A DNA stretch of 64,000 nucleotides from Octopus bimaculoides (lineage: Eukaryota), in the NCBI RefSeq assembly GCF_001194135.2, contig NC_068989.1, positions 81,389,874 through 81,453,873 of the forward strand, read 5' to 3'. Shown one piece after another: positions 52,711-63,970 of this stretch. Under the pieces are notes generated by a model. It was given only the letters and a program-made list of their open reading frames with translations, ran no database searches and was not told where the DNA came from. How positions within the stretch are numbered: position 1 is the first letter of the stretch; the number at the start of each line of letters is the position of its first letter. Position numbers and translations under genes: made by a program.

Positions 52711-53096
52711 GTACAGGAAAAAGGGTATTGAGTGGATATCCACCTATGTCAGTGTCTGTGAATTCGCCCCTCTCCATATTGCCAGCGCGTCGTCTCTGCA
52801 GGGGACCAAAGCTAGTGGTAGAGAATTTCTTTTTTAAAGTAAATTTAGGACGAAAAAGCCAACGAGGTCATAGACGTCAGCACGGTCCAAGGCACCAATC
52901 GTTACGTCGAATGTGCCTTCTGGTTCAGTGCGGTTGGCCAAGCCATCGCACTTGGTGTGATGGCTACTCATTGGATGGTGGAAAACAGCATGCAAAAAAA
53001 AAAAACCTGGAGATAGTGAAGTTGTTGGAAGTTGTCCAAATCATTGTGAACTTCACAGCTGATAAAGAACTGTTTTGCAGTGCATATTGCATGTAA
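52711..53096 (+). pseudogene. Possible decayed Fem-1-like ankyrin-repeat exon
   Basis: Acceptor TTCCTTTCAG ends at 52710. Across frameshifts: APLHIASA / KLVVENFF / ANEVIDVSTVQGTNRYVECAFWFSAVG / LEIVKLL...IVNFT, in the order of the Fem-1 ankyrin N-terminus. Recognised by eye. Confidence 0.35.
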
Positions 53097-53295
53097 AAAA
53101 TATACATATGTATTCCGTATATATATATATATATATATATATNNNNNNNNNNNNNNNNNNNNNNNNNNNNNNNNNNNNNNNNNNNNNNNNNNNNNNNNNN
53201 NNNNNNNNNNNNNNNNNNNNNNNNNNNNNNNNNNNNNNNNNNNNNNNNNNNNNNNNNNNNNNNNNNNNNNNNNNNNNNNNNNNNNNNNNAAATTG

Positions 53296-53624
53296 TATTA
53301 CATGCGTTTAAGAAGGGATGACCACTAAGTGGCCATCCGATATAGACAATTCGTATATAGTTCTGCAAATTATATTGAATTTAGAACGATTGTACTGATG
53401 AACCACGGACGTTTTTACGTGAGTAAAAAAGTTGATGGGGAAACCGGTATATGACTAATTCTTTATTTTATATATTTTCCATTTGTCTTGCCCGCTTATG
53501 TTCTGGTGTTTGTTGAATTTTTTCTGGAGAACATTATTCTTCTTTGTGATTGGGTCGTTGATGACCTCTTTCTAGCATATCGGATGTCCACTTAGTGGTC
53601 ATCACTTCTTATACGCATGTAATA
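53296..53624. mobile_element. MITE-like element with 48-bp TIRs (3 mismatches)
   Basis: 53296-53343 TATTACATGCGTTTAAGAAGGGATGACCACTAAGTGGCCATCCGATAT versus 53577-53624; TA at both ends. Confidence 0.85.
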
Positions 53625-53792
53625 TGTGTGTTTGTGTGTGTGTTTTGAAGAAATTGGAGTCAAGAAGGAGTACGGTTGGACATTTATTTATTATTCGCTA
53701 CAATTGTTTCCAAGCAACGTAGTTCTCCAAGAATACATGTATTTGATTATGCAACTGTTTGTTTGCTTAATGAGATCTAGCTGTTTCCGTGC

Positions 53793-54138
53793 AGGAAAAG
53801 AAACATGGACGATGGTCACGTGTGAGCAACGAGAGAGAGAGAAAGAAAAGAGGGGAGAGAGAGAAACAGATAGAAAACGGTGAAGGAGGGAGGGGAGAAA
53901 AGGGGAATTAGAGAAGGGTGGAGGTAGAAAACACTATAGAGAAGAGAGTCACATCAAAAAGGTGGGTTCGACTCTGTTCTCTATACTGTTTTCTCCCTCC
54001 ATCCTTCTCTAATTCTCTTTTTCTCCCCTCCCTCCTTCTCCGTTTTCTATCTGTCTCTCTCTCCCCACTCTTTTTCTTTTTTCTCTTTTCTCTCACTCTC
54101 GTTGCTCACACTTAACCATCGTCCATTTTTCTTTTCCT
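53793..54138. repeat. Foldback: ~160-bp imperfect arms with a 19-nt loop
   Basis: The purine-rich arm 53793-53950 is the reverse complement of the pyrimidine-rich arm 53970-54138; loop ACATCAAAAAGGTGGGTTC. Confidence 0.9.
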
Positions 54139-54647
54139 CGCGTGACCGTCTTTCTTTTCCTGCATGGACGTTCAAAAGAACGGACTTTTTTCTCTCTCTC
54201 TCCTATCTTTTCTCTTTTCAATAAAATATTTCTCACAGCATTCACTATTTTCCTCTTGTTCTGGTCTAAAGACCCTCCATGTTTGTTTTCGTTCGTTTTC
54301 CTTGTATGTCTCCACTGTCATGTTTTTGTTCCCAACTTTGACCCTCCATAAATCCTGAATTTTATCTTGGAATTTATAGGAGCAACTGTCTTTGAAGGCT
54401 CATATTGTCATTGAATGCTCGAAATGAGTAGATAGACAGGCAACAACTGATGTAGGGTCTTTTCTCTGTGTTCACTTGTCCTGTTCTCCATTTTTGCCTC
54501 ATTATTTACGTATTTAACTCGTTTGTTTATGTATTTCATGTTGTTTGAACCGTCGGTGACATCCTGTACCCATATATGCATGTATATATATACTATATAT
54601 TATTTACTATTTATTATATAATATATGTTTATATATTCTGTTATTAG

Positions 54648-54739
54648 GTTACCATATTTGTGGCAACAGAGGCCTGTTTCCAGATGAATGGTGATGATTC
54701 CTGGTTATATTTCAACTCAACAGTCAAAGGTGGAGATGT
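54648..54739 (+). CDS. Internal coding exon: signal-peptide end and start of laminin-G-like domain (VTIFVATEACFQMNGDDSWLYFNSTVKGGD+2 nt)
   Basis: Acceptor TTCTGTTATTAG and donor GTAAGT at 54740. The only open frame starts in phase 0 and ends in phase 2, splicing in frame to exon 58009. Confidence 0.8.
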
Positions 54740-54839
54740 GTAAGTTTGGCAAAATTAAAATGTTTTGATTATCAATTTTCTGTCTCCCATCTGTATTTGA
54801 GTTAATTGTTACCTTGTTTCCCATAACAACTTATCATTG

Positions 54840-54938
54840 TCACCATCATCACCACTACCAGTCATTTTCATCCTCCTCTTCCTCCTCATCATCATCATCC
54901 TAATCATCGTGATCGTCGTCATCATCATCATCATCATC

Positions 54939-54979
<41 letters not shown>

Positions 54980-55002
54980 TAATATTAATAATAATAACAA
55001 TC

Positions 55003-55062
<60 letters not shown>

Positions 55063-55063
55063 C

Positions 55064-55110
<47 letters not shown>

Positions 55111-55112
55111 TC

Positions 55113-55170
<58 letters not shown>
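54840..55170. repeat. (CAT)n/(AAT)n compound microsatellite with periodic CAATC interruptions
   Basis: Read directly. Confidence 0.9.
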
Positions 55171-55266
55171 TTCTTTTAACATATTACAGAGATGGTATCT
55201 GCAATTAACCTCAGTGATTTAATTTGTTTTGAAGTATGTTAATTATTCACATTTACTCATTCATGT

Positions 55267-55648
55267 GGAGGCGCAATGGCCCAGTGGTTAGGGCAGCGGA
55301 CTCGCGGTCATAGGATCTCGGTTTCGATTCCCAGACCGGGCGTTTTGAGTGTTTATTGAGCGAAAACACCTAAAACTCCACGAGACTCCGGCAGGGTATG
55401 GTGGCGAACCCTGCTGTACTCTTTCACCACAACTTTCTCTCACTCTCACTTCCTGTTTCTGTTGTACCTGTAACTCAAAGGGTCAGCCTTGTCACACTGT
55501 GTCACGCTGAATATCCCCGAGAACTACGTTAAGAGTACACGTGTCTGTGGAGTGCTCAGCCACTTGCACGTTAATTTCACGAGCAGGCTGTTCCGTTGAT
55601 TGGATCAACTTGGAACCCTCGACGTCGTAAGCGACGGAGCGCCAACAA
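55267..55648 (+). mobile_element. tRNA-derived SINE family 'C', full length
   Basis: Head GGAGGCGCAATGGCCCAGTGGTTAGG...GGTTTCGATTCCCAGACCGG, with a 3' part ending CGACGGAGCGCCAACAA. Confidence 0.85.
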
Positions 55649-56869
55649 TTAGTTAATTCATTATACACTAATAATAATTACTGAAGCTTATCTTTTATCA
55701 TCTTTTCACTCAATAACTAACCCTAAGTCATGTTCAGCTAGTGTGACAGAGTAGGATCATCAAACCAGTAAGATCACAAGCTCAAATCCATGGTGCACCT
55801 ATCAAACTGTGGCTGGTGGAGAGAACATACTGAGGCATTCATTCTACAGTGGACTGAACATAGGCAATCTAACCTAATCTAACTTAGCCTCCACAAAAAT
55901 TGCTTGCCAAACCAGGTCAATATTTTCATCCCAGTTACGCACCATCCAAAAGTTTCTTCATAATTCTTGCTTTTACACATTTATTACATTAGTAAGAGTC
56001 TTGAAACGGTGATGGTGCGATGGTGGTGGCAGCAGTGGTGGTGGTGGTGGTGGTGGTGGTGGTGATGGTGGCGGTGGTGGTAGTGTCAATGGTAGCTGTA
56101 ACAGCTGTAGTGAGGATGTTGACATAAATTGAAACAATGTTGATTATATACTGCTGTTGTTGTTTGGCCCCAATTCGGCTCAGACTGTAATAATCAGAAA
56201 CATTTAAATTGTTCTCATCTTGTCTTTCTTTTCAGACAGAATTCATTACCTGATGTGTTCCATGTTACCCAATCAGTCAATTTTCTCTCAAAATGTAAAG
56301 ATGGGATTTTGAGGGAGATTTAGCTGCTATTCCCTCACAGATTAAGTGTTGGCATTAGTAACACAGAAAGTTGAATTACAAATATATAAAAAAAACTTCT
56401 TGAAATAGATCATTCTGAGGAAGTTTATATGTTATATGAAGAGTGGTACAGTCTTTATGATGACTTCACATCTTGAGAGAATGATTAAATAGAGTTAATG
56501 TTTATTTTGACTTCTTGAAGGTTAATGAATAACACAACCCAGAAACCTAGGTTTGTGAGTATCACGTGGGGCTAGAGATGGAAGCGATGACCTCCCTTGC
56601 TTACACTATACAGACACAAACTGTGTGTCGATAGCCAGGTGGAAAAGATTTTTCCTAGGGCTAAACAACAGTAATATCATCCTTGTATAAAACTGCCACA
56701 TTCTGTTGGCAAATAAACTTTACTATTCAGTACTGTTACTGCATATCTCTCACTCAAAGATTTAAAACTTCAACTGAATGAGTAAAGAAGTTCTTGTGAG
56801 TTGTAGACAAGAGAAAAAAGGTAAAGACTATTAAAACATTTTAAAATTACATCCAAGAAAAAGGCAGCA

Positions 56870-57232
56870 ATCTGACAGAATCATTAGTACAATGGGCGAA
56901 ATGCTTAGCAGCATTTCATCTGTCTTTATGTTCTGAGTTCAAATTCTACTGAGGTTGACTTTGCCTTTCCTATTTTTGAAGTTGATAAAATAAATACCAT
57001 TTGCATACTGGGGTCAATATAATCAATTTACCCCATCTCCCAAAATTACTGACCTTGTGCCCAAATTTGAAAATAATATTAGATCTAAGAATGTTAGGTG
57101 GGGAGCTGGCAGAATCATTAGTATGCCAGGCAAAATGCTTGCCGGCATTTCATCCATCTTTACACTCTGAGTTCAAATTCCACCGAGATCAACTTTGCCT
57201 TTCATCCTTTCAGGGTCAATAAAATAGGTAAA
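56870..57232 (+). mobile_element. Two tandem SINE family A copies (second truncated)
   Basis: GAGTTCAAATTC..C.GAG.T..ACTTTGCCTTTC at ~56935 and ~57170. Confidence 0.85.
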
Positions 57233-57461
57233 ATCGAAACAGCTGTAAGTGAACATGTTGAATTTTTGCAGTTAATAAATTATATTAACGCTACTTCTTC
57301 ATTTTCTAGATTTTAATTTGAATATTTATAAACCAAGATTTATATTTAAACCTATTTTTTTAGGAATATTACTATTCACAAAATAATAGGTAACAAACCA
57401 GTAATTCAATAGATATTTTCTATCCCTTAAGGTGGTTCTTTTTCCAACCCCTATCTAAATT

Positions 57462-57539
<78 letters not shown>

Positions 57540-57542
<3 letters not shown>

Positions 57543-57765
57543 TTATGTGTGTGTCTGTGTTTGTCCCCCTGCCATCATTTGACAACTGATGCTGAAGTGT
57601 TTATGTCCCCGTAACATAGCACTTCGGTCAAAGAAACCAATTGAATAAGTACTAGGCATACGAAGAATAAGTCCTGGGATCGATTTATTTATCTAAAACC
57701 CTTCAAGGTGGTGCTCCAGCATGGCCACAGTCAAATGATTGAAACAAGTAAATGAATAAAAGAAT
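57540..57765 (+). mobile_element. SINE family B 3' half following (TG)n
   Basis: TTTGACAACTGATGCTG...TAAGTACTAGGC...GGTGCTCCAGCATGGCC...GATTGAAACAAGTAAA. Confidence 0.85.
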
Positions 57766-57900
57766 AGTAAATATATAAAATATAACAAGTGTAGTAACTG
57801 AGGAGATTGAATCCCCTGAGCAAAATAATTTTCACATTTATTCTATTCATCACAGCCAATTTCAATGTTTATGATATATCAGCTGTTTATCAAAGCAACT

Positions 57901-57990
57901 GGTATACTACAAATATACTATGATACACCATCGATATACTACTAATATACCATAATACACTACTGATATACTATTGATATACAACTAATA
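57901..57990. repeat. Degenerate 11-bp tandem repeat (~TACTGATATAC) just upstream of the splice acceptor
   Basis: About eight units read directly. Confidence 0.7.
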
Positions 57991-58008
57991 GACGTGTTTT
58001 CATTACAG

Positions 58009-58216
58009 TGCTCACTACAAGTTGAAGTTTGCTAGTAAAAAAGACAATGGTTTGATATTTTATGCCCAAGGAGAAAACAGAGATTTTGAGGCCCTGTTTT
58101 TGAACAGAGGAAAACTAACATATTTCTTGTTTAATCCCACTGATTATGGAACTGGTTCGACCTATGGAGTATATATTGAATGTACTAAGAAGATATCAAA
58201 AAATTATGAACATGAC
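58009..58216 (+). CDS. Internal coding exon, laminin-G-like domain (AHYKLKFASKKDNGLIFYAQGENRDFEALFLNRGKLTYFLFNPT...NYEHD)
   Basis: Acceptor GTGTTTTCATTACAG, donor GTAAGT at 58217, 208 nt open. The pattern LKF.S...NGLIFY....DF.AL.L..GKL.Y is typical of LamG strands. Confidence 0.85.
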
Positions 58217-58369
58217 GTAAGTTAAAATTATTTATTCTCAACTTTAGCTCAGCAAAAACTATATGTATATACATATACATGTACATGTATATGTGTACGT
58301 ATATATATTTACAATATAGAAACTATGTATTGTTTCATCATATGAAAGGGAGTTAATACAATTTTGTCC

Positions 58370-58960
58370 AGAAATCATGTTTTCAAAATTTTAATTTCCC
58401 CTCTATCTCCACCACAATGTCTTAATTTGTAAGTTTTTCTTCAATTTTATTTTATTTATTAATTTTTTTTTTGTTATCTACATATAAAAATACAGATTAC
58501 GAATCTGGGAAATATATGTATATTTTTTATAGTTTAATTTTTCTTAAAGAAACACTCAATCCCCCCTTCCCCCACCTCACTTGGCCATTACCTATCAGCT
58601 TTCAAAAAGCTAAAATCTCCCAATTTTTCACTTTTGTCTGATGTTTCCTGCATGCATAGAATTCTACTGAAATGGTAGACCTAAAAAATACGAGACCACC
58701 ACCAGAAAACCTGACATACTAGAAACAATAGGTAAATGACATTATTTATGAAGAAACTTCCCTACTTTCCAAAAAGCTAAAAGTAAAACATTGGGAGTGT
58801 GTAGCTTTTTGAAAGTGGTGAGATGATGGGTAAAATTCTTGAAGATTCATACTCTGTTTTTTCTCCATGGATCACTAAGAATAAAAATTTGAAAAAAGTA
58901 AAAAAATTAATTTGGTGTGAGGAGGGAGAAAATGAAAATATTGAGAACGTGTTTTGTGAA
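58370..58960. repeat. Decayed long inverted repeat (~58370-58640 / ~58775-58960)
   Basis: CTTTCAAAAAGCTAAAATCTCCCAAT versus ATTGGGAGTGTGTAGCTTTTTGAAAG; outer arms ATGTTTTCAAAATTTTAATTT versus AAATGAAAATATTGAGAACGT. Confidence 0.55.
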
Positions 58961-59441
58961 TGAAATCCTAATCTCCTGTATCGCAAACATAGGAATCGGA
59001 AGAAATTTTGGAAAAGAATAAGTGGAGAATCTCATCTTGGACATGCTAGAAAGAAGAGGTAAAGGACAGGACTTCTGGGAAAACTTCCTTTTAAGTTTAT
59101 ATCAAAGATCAGGTTTTTAAATACGCTCATCAGAAACACAAATTGGGTTTGAGCTGTAAATTTGCATGTGCACACTGCAAGAATTAACATAATTTGCACA
59201 GAAGTTTTATCTAGAGTGTGTGTGTGTGTCAAAGGAAGTTATTTTATGGCATTCTTTCATTTGAAGAAGCAAAGTTGTCAACGCGACATATATGGAATCA
59301 TATGATTGTTAATTTCCGTAAAATTGTTTTAACTTCTGTATTTGAAGAGAACAGAAATTGAAAGAGAGGATAAAGTGAAAAGGCGACATTTGCCTTGAAG
59401 TGAGAGGGGAAAGTGTAAGATGTACGTGTATATGAAATGGA

Positions 59442-59474
<33 letters not shown>

Positions 59475-60311
59475 AAGAGAGAGAGAGTGAGTGAGTAAGG
59501 TGTGTGTTGTGATGTATGAAACATTTGCATGTATGTGCAAGTGACACTCACTCACTCTCTCCCCCCCTCTCTCTCTCTCTCTCTCTCACACATTATCTTT
59601 CATATACAAGTACATAAATAGACGGAGATAAAGAATACGCACACCACCCGTTTTCAACGTAACTCTAACTGTAAATACCAGGAGTGCATATTCTTAACCT
59701 TCACCTATAAATACATATGCACGCATCTTTTTGTGTGTGAGAGAGAGGGAGAGAGAGAGAGAGAGAGAGAGGGGGGGCTGCATGTCCTCATAACATAGAA
59801 AAATCGATGTCTTTTAATGCAATTTTTTTGGTTGTGGCTTCTTTTAAAACAATATTTATGTGTACATTTTCATAAATGTTTGTCTGCGTAGAATTCTACG
59901 AATGTGTGAAACATCGAACGAAAGTGATACATTAGAAGCAAATCAAAATATTGTTCAAAAATGCACTCAAAATTAGGTGACCCAACCTAGTTGCCGAGGT
60001 TATTTTAGTTGTAAGAAAGAGTTATTGAGTCAAAAACAGTTTGTTTGTAGATAGATAACAAGCAGCTTTCTTTATTATAATACACATGTGACTTATTCAG
60101 AGAAACATTACTTTCATTATTCACACATCGTCACTCTTGTAATGCAACACTTTGTAATTTTGTTCAAATTGAAAGTGTGAAACTATTTTCATTTTGTAAT
60201 GAAATAAGTTCGTTGTAGAGAAGTATATTAAAAATAACTATAGCTGGTTATTGAGATAATGTAGAAAATATGTAAATGGCATGTATAATTGATTTGATTG
60301 TTCTGGAAAGC

Positions 60312-60510
60312 AGCAAGCTGGCAGAATCGTTAGCATGCCGGGCAAAATGCTTGAGCAGTATTTCACCTGTTCAAATGACGCCGTGGTCAACTTTGCCTCT
60401 CATCCTTTCAGTGTCAATAAATTAAGTACCAGTGAGACACTGGGATCGATATAATCGACTGGTCCCCTCCCACGAAATTTCAGGTCTTGTGCCTATAATA
60501 GAAAGGATTT
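60312..60510 (+). mobile_element. SINE family A
   Basis: AGCTGGCAGAATCGTTAGCATGCCGGG...GTGCCTATAATAGAAAGGATT. Confidence 0.85.
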
Positions 60511-60981
60511 GATTGTTCTGATCTTAACATCAGTTGGTAAGAATAGAAGTCATTTGACGAAACCCTTTTGTTTGTAATTGGCTATCCTCATACAAACTCT
60601 CTTTTATAGTTATAGATCCATACATACATGCATACATACATACAGACTATAGACCAACTACTTTCATGATCTCAAGCTATATTGTACTGAGGAGCCCCTA
60701 AAAAGGTGAAATGGTGCTATGTACAACTACTAGGACATCTTAAAAAAGGGATTATATAGAAATGTGGAAATATCATTTTACATGCTCTTTCACTCATAAA
60801 CAATAAAAATGAAAGACCTCTTATGATAAAGAAGAATAGTAAACCCTGAAGCGCTTCTCTCCCCTTAAGGAGAATATTCACCCTCTCTGCAATCTCCCAG
60901 TAATCTCCCCCTCTCTCTCCTCTTACTCCAGAGGCAACTATAATCAGCAACAGCAGTAGGTTCCAGTCAAATACCCACGTG

Positions 60982-61024
<43 letters not shown>

Positions 61025-61031
<7 letters not shown>

Positions 61032-62335
61032 TTATATACCATCATCATCAACATCATCATTTAACATCCATTGTCCATGCTGGCATGGGTTGGATGGTTT
61101 GACCAGGGCTGGCAAGCTGGAAGGCTGTACCAGACCCCAGTCTGATTCGGATAGGTTTCTATAGCTGGATGCCCTTCCTAGCACCAATCACTCCGAGAGT
61201 GTAATGGCTGCCTTTGCATGCCACCAGCATGGGTGCCAGTTGTGTGACACCGGTATCTGTCATGACTGCGATTTTGCTTGGCTTGATGGGTCTTCTCAAG
61301 CACAACATAATGCCAAAGGTCTCGGTCATTGCCTCTGCGAGGCCCAACACTCAAAAGAGGCTTTTCATGTGCCATTGGCATCAGCTACTTTGCCTCTGTG
61401 AGGCCCAATGCTTGAAGAGTGCTTTTTATGTGCCACTGGCATGGGTGTCAGTCACATGACACCAGCATCAACCATTACTAAGATTTCACTTGGCTTGAGG
61501 AGTTTTCTCAAGCACAGCATATCACCAAAGTTCTCGGTCACTAGTCATTGCCTCTGTGAGATCCAAAATTCGAAGATCATGCTTCACCACCTCATCCCAT
61601 GTCTTCCTGGGTCTACCTCTACCACTGGTTCCCTCCACAGTTAGAGATCGGTACTGGCTTCCTGAAGTTAGTGTTGCAAATCAATAGGTTATTTGCATCA
61701 TAGAACTCCAGTAGCCTTGTTCTCTCTTTGTTTCGGGAACCAATTCCATGGCCCCCATGTACACCATGGAAGATGCTAGGCTGCCATCTAACATGCTCAT
61801 TGAAATCCCCAGCCATGAAGATGAGATGATTGTCACTCGTCTTTGATGTAGCCAGCGGGAAAATATCATAAAAGTGGTCCTTCTGTTCATTTGGTACGCC
61901 CACTTGTGGGGCATAGGCTGAGATAATCGTCGTTATACTATTCTGCAAGACTTGAGCTTGAGTACTCTATCTCATACTCTGACTACCACTATAACCTTAT
62001 CCACCCATTTCTCTGCAAGAAGTATGCCCACACCATCTACCCCCGTCGCTGTTACCTTCACAGAAGATTTTATACCTATGTCTTGCCTATGAGAAACCTG
62101 GCTGAAGCTCCTCTCCACCTTACCTCTTGGATGCAACATACATCAACATGCTTCCATTCAAGCATCTCAACAATCTCGCTAGACCTACCTTTCAATGTGC
62201 CTACATTGACAGTGCCAACACTGAAAACTGGGAAAGGGATGTGAGAGGGAACATGGGAAGTAAAGATGGTATTCAGCACCTGAAAAGAAGGTTTCAATGA
62301 TTGTTTTATAACAGACATGTCACATCAGTTGTTCT
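61025..62335 (-). mobile_element. Internally deleted RTE LINE: APE endonuclease joined to ORF C-terminus and 3' UTR
   Basis: APE motifs VGTVNVGTLKGR, VDVCCIQEVRWRG, IISAYAPQVG, MAGDFN and CNTNFRK are followed directly by the GRPRKTWDEVVKHDLRIL end, the 3' UTR and a (GAT)n tail. No RT domain. Confidence 0.85.
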
Positions 62336-62729
62336 TGCTTTAGCCTACCATCATTCACACATGTTAAAATTGTTGCCCTTAATGCGGAGGAGGATGCTGT
62401 AAATATGAGCGTTATTGCTGCAAACATAAATAGGTCAATATTTAAATTAAGTAAATGAACCACTATTGGTTAGTCCATTATATATATAAGGAGAAAGAGG
62501 TAGGTGGTTTATTAATTTACTAAGTAACACATCTTCTTTTGACACATGCAGTAGTGTGGATGATTGGTGGTGGGTGGGAAGGTATGCAAGTCTTCTGGTA
62601 CAGAAGCGAAGTGGAGCCCTGCAGGCGTTTCCGGTATAAAGGAAGAAATTTCCGATATAGGTGGAGGGGGCAGGAGTGGATGGGTGCATTGCGGACAAGC
62701 AATGACCAGCTTTGCCTCAGGAAATAGAA

Positions 62730-62788
<59 letters not shown>

Positions 62789-63559
62789 GAAAGACTTTAT
62801 CACTGGAGGAAATGATGACAAGAATGAGAAAAATACAAGTTATAAAACATGGCAAGAATGCTTACAAATTTTAGAGAGAGAGGTAGAGATCACTGAGGAA
62901 ATCATGGCAAAGTATGGGAACACATGGGTTATGAAACAGGGAGAGAACATAGCATGTATGTGTGCACACGTGCGTGTGCATGTGTGCATGTTCTTATATA
63001 TTTTTATTCAACAAGCAATACAAGTAAACATGTTTTGTGACCTACCCTGGGTTTGACAGAGTTACACTAATTTTTCAAATCACTTATTTCTTAATAAAAA
63101 TGAAGATTTCTTTTCTAAATTCATATATTTCTTCTCGTATTTCTGCTTCTGGCATGGTGGATAACTCTTCTATAATAGAAATGAATTATTGCCCCTACAC
63201 TGTCGTTACTTTTTGTCTTGGATGAGTTGGGATGTATTAAAGGTTAAAGTTAACGATCATGAGAGGTCAATTGCTGCGAGTGTGAAGAATATAAGGGTGT
63301 TATTAACAGTCAGATAGGATGCTGGAAGAAAATATAAGTTAGAAGAATGAGAGGAGTAACTGTGGAAGAGAAAACAGCAAGAATGAATGAGTTTGAAGGA
63401 CAGTAATTACGGATGAATTGCATAATAACAGTTTAAGAAATGTAAGAAAAGAATAATCTAAAGAAATGGAAGAGAAAGGAGTGAAAAAGGAAATTGTACG
63501 AAGAAGAAAGGAAAGAAGTTTTTAAGATGAAGCAATTACAGTTTTCCATGCATTTAGTC

Positions 63560-63970
63560 TGTTGAAAGTGACTAGAAAGTTATATAAAAGGTGACTCTTA
63601 AAATGTTTCCATTTTCTGAATATTTTCTGATCTAGTGTATGAGTTATTGGCTTGTTTATTGTATTTTCTGATAATTCACCTTTCCTCTGTGTTGCACAGA
63701 TTACACTTTTTGTTTCCAGTTTTCCAGGGTTGAGATCTTTCAATGAATTTCCATTTTATTTTGTGGTCTAAGTGTTATCTTTTAGCTTCCACATATAGTT
63801 TGCTAATTTTGTTGTGTTCATCTTGGCTGTGTGATTAAAGGAAGATGTATGGTTATGAAATTCATTCTTAAAGTTTCCTTCTGTCATTCATATACACCAT
63901 TTTCTCATAAATTATTGCTACTGTGTTATATGATTTATCCAATGGACATGGAATTGGATTCTTAAATGAG
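63560..63970 (-). mobile_element. Penelope-like element, GIY-YIG endonuclease fragment
   Basis: CPLDK...IIYEK, TEGNFKNEFHNHTSSFNH...TKLANYMWKLK, IKWKFIERSQPWKTGNKKCNLC. Confidence 0.8.

Noticed and set aside
55267-55345. SINE heads as functional tRNA genes
   Set aside because: A and B boxes are present, but the heads run into SINE bodies and lack a complete cloverleaf.
56235-56300. Extra exon after the acceptor-like TTTCTTTTCAG
   Set aside because: The flanking exons already join in frame, no good donor follows, and it lies in repeat-like sequence.
62345-62440. Next LamG exon after TTCTTGCTTTAG
   Set aside because: The required phase-0 frame hits a stop after 7 codons.
62520-62940. RTE-like remnants around the (GA)n tract
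   Set aside because: The motifs are too weak to call by eye.
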